DNA of 64,000 nucleotides from a virus, in the IMG/VR virus record IMGVR_UViG_3300036715_001865, positions 32,001-96,000 of that record; one strand, written 5' to 3'. The notes beneath the pieces were generated by a model, which saw nothing but the letters and a program-made list of their open reading frames with translations, had not been told where the DNA came from and searched no databases. The position numbers were made by a program, and so were the translations under genes. Shown piece after piece: positions 61,275 through 64,000 of this stretch. Within the stretch, counting starts at the first letter, position 1. Each line of letters opens with the position of its first letter.

Positions 61275-64000
61275 ATGACACAATTAACATCGCAAAAATT
61301 ATTATTTAATATCGATCCAACTGAAGGGTTGGTTCGATATACCAAAGCAGTTAAACCATACCACACAAAAATATTGGATGTGTCCATAGAATATGTGTAT
61401 GCTGAAAGTATATATAGCACAGTTGCTGAACGATGGAACTGGAAGATACATCTAACGAGACCAGAAGGCTCGGTTACAAAAGCGTGTGGATATGGAGTAG
61501 TTTGGGATAATTATCCATTTGTTATTAACGATTTCCCACCAGTAGTTATTAAACAAGCAATTGGAGATACACCAATTACTGTTAAGTTTAATTCATTGGT
61601 TGGATCTCCAACAAAAGTAGCAATAACTGATAATCCCTATGGATATCCACTCCAGGCAGGAGAACCAGTTACTATACGAACTACAGGGAATTTTCCTAAT
61701 ACTATTAATGGACGATTGTCCCCAGGATTGATATATTATGTGGTCAGTAAATTAGGTAATTTATTTGAATTATCAGCAACGCCATATGTTGCTCCTTGGA
61801 TGCCCAATACTTCATATACAACAAATAAGGTGTTTGAACATACTGGAAATCAATATATTGCAATTAATGCGTTCGTATCTGGGAGCACATTTGTGCCAGA
61901 TCCACAAAGTATGGAATTACAATCAATTGCGGTTGGAACCGCTGTGGTAAATTGGGTAGGTGACCACACATATACAATTGGTGATGTATATAGCCATGTT
62001 GGTAGTACATACGTAGTAACAGCTGATTATACATCTGGTGCATCGTATAGTGACGTGTACGATTTTAAAAACACTAAAAAATTAGTACCACTATCCGGTA
62101 TACCATTAGAATTTGTGCCAAATAACAGCTGGCAAGCTTTCCAACAATATCATATTGGTGACATATATGAAGTTGTCGATACAGTGGACAATATCACAAC
62201 TCAACTCACAGTAACTGCTAATTACACATCAGGTAATAATTTTGGTATAATAGATACTGTTCACACAACAGAAACAGTGGTGACTTATGATATCCACAAA
62301 GAATCTCTGTTGTACAATTCTTTTTTGGTGGAGCCTGGAATAGTCACTAGCTATCAATGTGTAGCTACTAATTTAACAGCAAACCAGTTTACTTTTGCCA
62401 CTACACACCCAATTACTGATGTTAATATAGATGCTCATACTTGGACAGTTGATGGGATTTTGTTGTCTTCTGCGTATCAAGTCATAAAATACACAAACAC
62501 AAAAACCACATCATCTGTTACTACATTAGCCAATGATACAACCCCATACACAGCTGATATATCAATTGACGGAACAGTATATAACATATCTGTTCTAGGT
62601 AATACGGCACAAACATTCAATGGTGTAATTAGTGCATTAAATAGTATTATCGTGGGTGGAAACGTCTCAATTGTAGATGGGAAGTTGGTGATCACTTCAA
62701 ATAGCATTGGAAGTATATCAGATGTACAAATTGTTGATGGAAATGTCCATCCATTGTTTGCATCATTGAGTGCTGATTTTGTTGGGTTGATGCCAACAAC
62801 CAATCCTACTATAGCTATTACTGATAATACCATATACATTCACGATAATGGAATTGGTCCTACAACACAGTACACAATTCAAAGTGTTGTTTTGGGAACT
62901 GGTATAGATACTGGAAAGACTAAGATTACTACATATGAACAATTGTCGCTATTATCTCAACCCATAGGCACATTGTGTATTCAGAGTGGATTACCATCAG
63001 TACCAAATTGGGGTCTTGGGTTAGGGGTTACTGTGTCATCTACTGGAGAATTACCAAGTCCACTACAACCAGGAACTACTTACCACTTTGCTCCATCTAA
63101 TCAATTAGGAGTGTTTAATTTATCATCTGCTCACTATCCGTTATCCACATTAGATATGATTGATGTTACCACACTGGGTAGTGGAATTATCACTATCCAA
63201 AAAGCTGAAGTGATATATGAAGGAGCAACTGTTGAAGTAACAGGTAGTTACAATTTGGCCAATGATGGGGAATATTATATCAGAGCCTCAATACCAGAGG
63301 GGAATTACTTTCGGTTATATACGTTACAAAAGGTAGCAAGAACTAGCAGAACACAAGATAGCACTGATGGATTAATGACCATGGGAATAAATGGTGGATA
63401 TTCAGCACCAGATTATTGCCAAAACATAGCTGCATCTGATTTATATACAGACGCGTTTATTGGTGAAAAATTTCATTTTGAATTTGTGGCAGCTCCTCCA
63501 CCTGCTGTTTTACCAGTTATCTCCATAGGGTCAGTTAATATTGACAAGATTAAAAATGAAGGAGATATGGGGGTTACTAACTATACTTTTACATTTACTC
63601 GTAATAACAGTATTGGTGTATCTAGTGTTGATTATTCTGTAGTGGGCGCTCCAGATAGTACACATACTGCTGCAAATGCAACTGATTTTGTTGGTGGCGT
63701 ATATCCATCAGGAACAATAACATTCTTGGACGGAGACACATCCATAATATTAACAATTGAAGTCGCCGGTGACACTACTGTAGAACCAGATGAACGATTC
63801 AACATAATATTAACATCTCCAGTAAATGCAATATTAGGCATTAGTGCCGATTATGGATATGTCATCAATGATGATGTCGCTCCATCAGTTATTAATATTG
63901 CTCAATTGGACAGTGTTAAGAATGAAGGAAGTAGTAGTGGAACTATAGTCCCAACTCCGTATAGTATACTATTACACTTTGAAAATGAGGCCCCCACCAA
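61275..64000 (+). CDS. Large structural/fibre protein with CBM5/12-like repeats and a Calx-beta domain (3' truncated)
   Basis: Not in the ORF track. ATG after GAGGA; 'VKPYHTKI' near the start; in-frame where spot-checked; 'NEGD.G.TNYTFTF..VDYSV..DF..SGTITF..GDT..I.V.GD..VEPDE.F...L' Calx-beta at about 63516-63880. Confidence 0.8.
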   Translation, partial: MTQLTSQKLLFNIDPTEGLVRYTKAVKPYHTKILDVSIEYVYAESIYSTVAERWNWKIHLTRPEGSVTKACGYGVVWDNYPFVINDFPPVVIKQAIGDTPITVKFNSLVGSPTKVAITDNPYGYPLQAGEPVTIRTTGNFPNTINGRLSPGLIYYVVSKLGNLFELSATPYVAPWMPNTSYTTNKVFEHTGNQYIAINAFVSGSTFVPDPQSMELQSIAVGTAVVNWVGDHTYTIGDVYSHVGSTYVVTADYTSGASYSDVYDFKNTKKLVPLSGIPLEFVPNNSWQAFQQYHIGDIYEVVDTVDNITTQLTVTANYTSGNNFGIIDTVHTTETVVTYDIHKESLLYNSFLVEPGIVTSYQCVATNLTANQFTFATTHPITDVNIDAHTWTVDGILLSSAYQVIKYTNTKTTSSVTTLANDTTPYTADISIDGTVYNISVLGNTAQTFNGVISALNSIIVGGNVSIVDGKLVITSNSIGSISDVQIVDGNVHPLFASLSADFVGLMPTTNPTIAITDNTIYIHDNGIGPTTQYTIQSVVLGTGIDTGKTKITTYEQLSLLSQPIGTLCIQSGLPSVPNWGLGLGVTVSSTGELPSPLQPGTTYHFAPSNQLGVFNLSSAHYPLSTLDMIDVTTLGSGIITIQKAEVIYEGATVEVTGSYNLANDGEYYIRASIPEGNYFRLYTLQKVARTSRTQDSTDGLMTMGINGGYSAPDYCQNIAASDLYTDAFIGEKFHFEFVAAPPPAVLPVISIGSVNIDKIKNEGDMGVTNYTFTFTRNNSIGVSSVDYSVVGAPDSTHTAANATDFVGGVYPSGTITFLDGDTSIILTIEVAGDTTVEPDERFNIILTSPVNAILGISADYGYVINDDVAPSVINIAQLDSVKNEGSSSGTIVPTPYSILLHFENEAPT

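Noticed and set aside
61262-61277. Read-through fusion of the 3783-aa gene with the terminal ORF
   Set aside because: The two ORFs are in different frames, and the downstream ORF has its own GAGGA SD.

Overview
64 kb of an AT-rich, T4-related jumbo myophage genome (standard genetic code; the window is phage from end to end), covering the virion morphogenesis region. Minus strand: tail tube, sheath, tail terminator and neck genes, head accessory genes, major capsid, scaffold, prohead protease, acidic core protein, portal and a probable tape measure. Middle: gp26/gp51-like hub assembly genes, a RuvC-like resolvase, a fibre/adhesin pair and the gp46 (with intein)/gp47/gp55 operon. Plus strand: the baseplate cluster, ending in a 3783-aa wedge protein and a truncated Calx-beta protein. 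Structural genes carry T4-type late promoters (TATAAATA). About 16% of the window is selfish-looking nuclease DNA: seven free-standing Hef-like endonuclease genes (five with a C-terminal GNAT/Mom-like module) and a class 3 LAGLIDADG intein. The most notable observations are: (1) every endonuclease gene has its own 17-bp-spaced sigma70 promoter, and four of these sit inside a hairpin that hides the ribosome-binding site on read-through RNA; (2) tandem endonuclease cassettes are flanked by promoter-bearing direct repeats; (3) a shared structural module is nested Russian-doll style and recurs in four virion genes; (4) a perfect -1 slippery site joins the gp26-like and gp51-like genes; (5) a 51-bp palindrome and a hairpin-rich non-coding tract lie directly behind the resolvase. 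All family assignments come from motif recognition and gene order; no database search was run.
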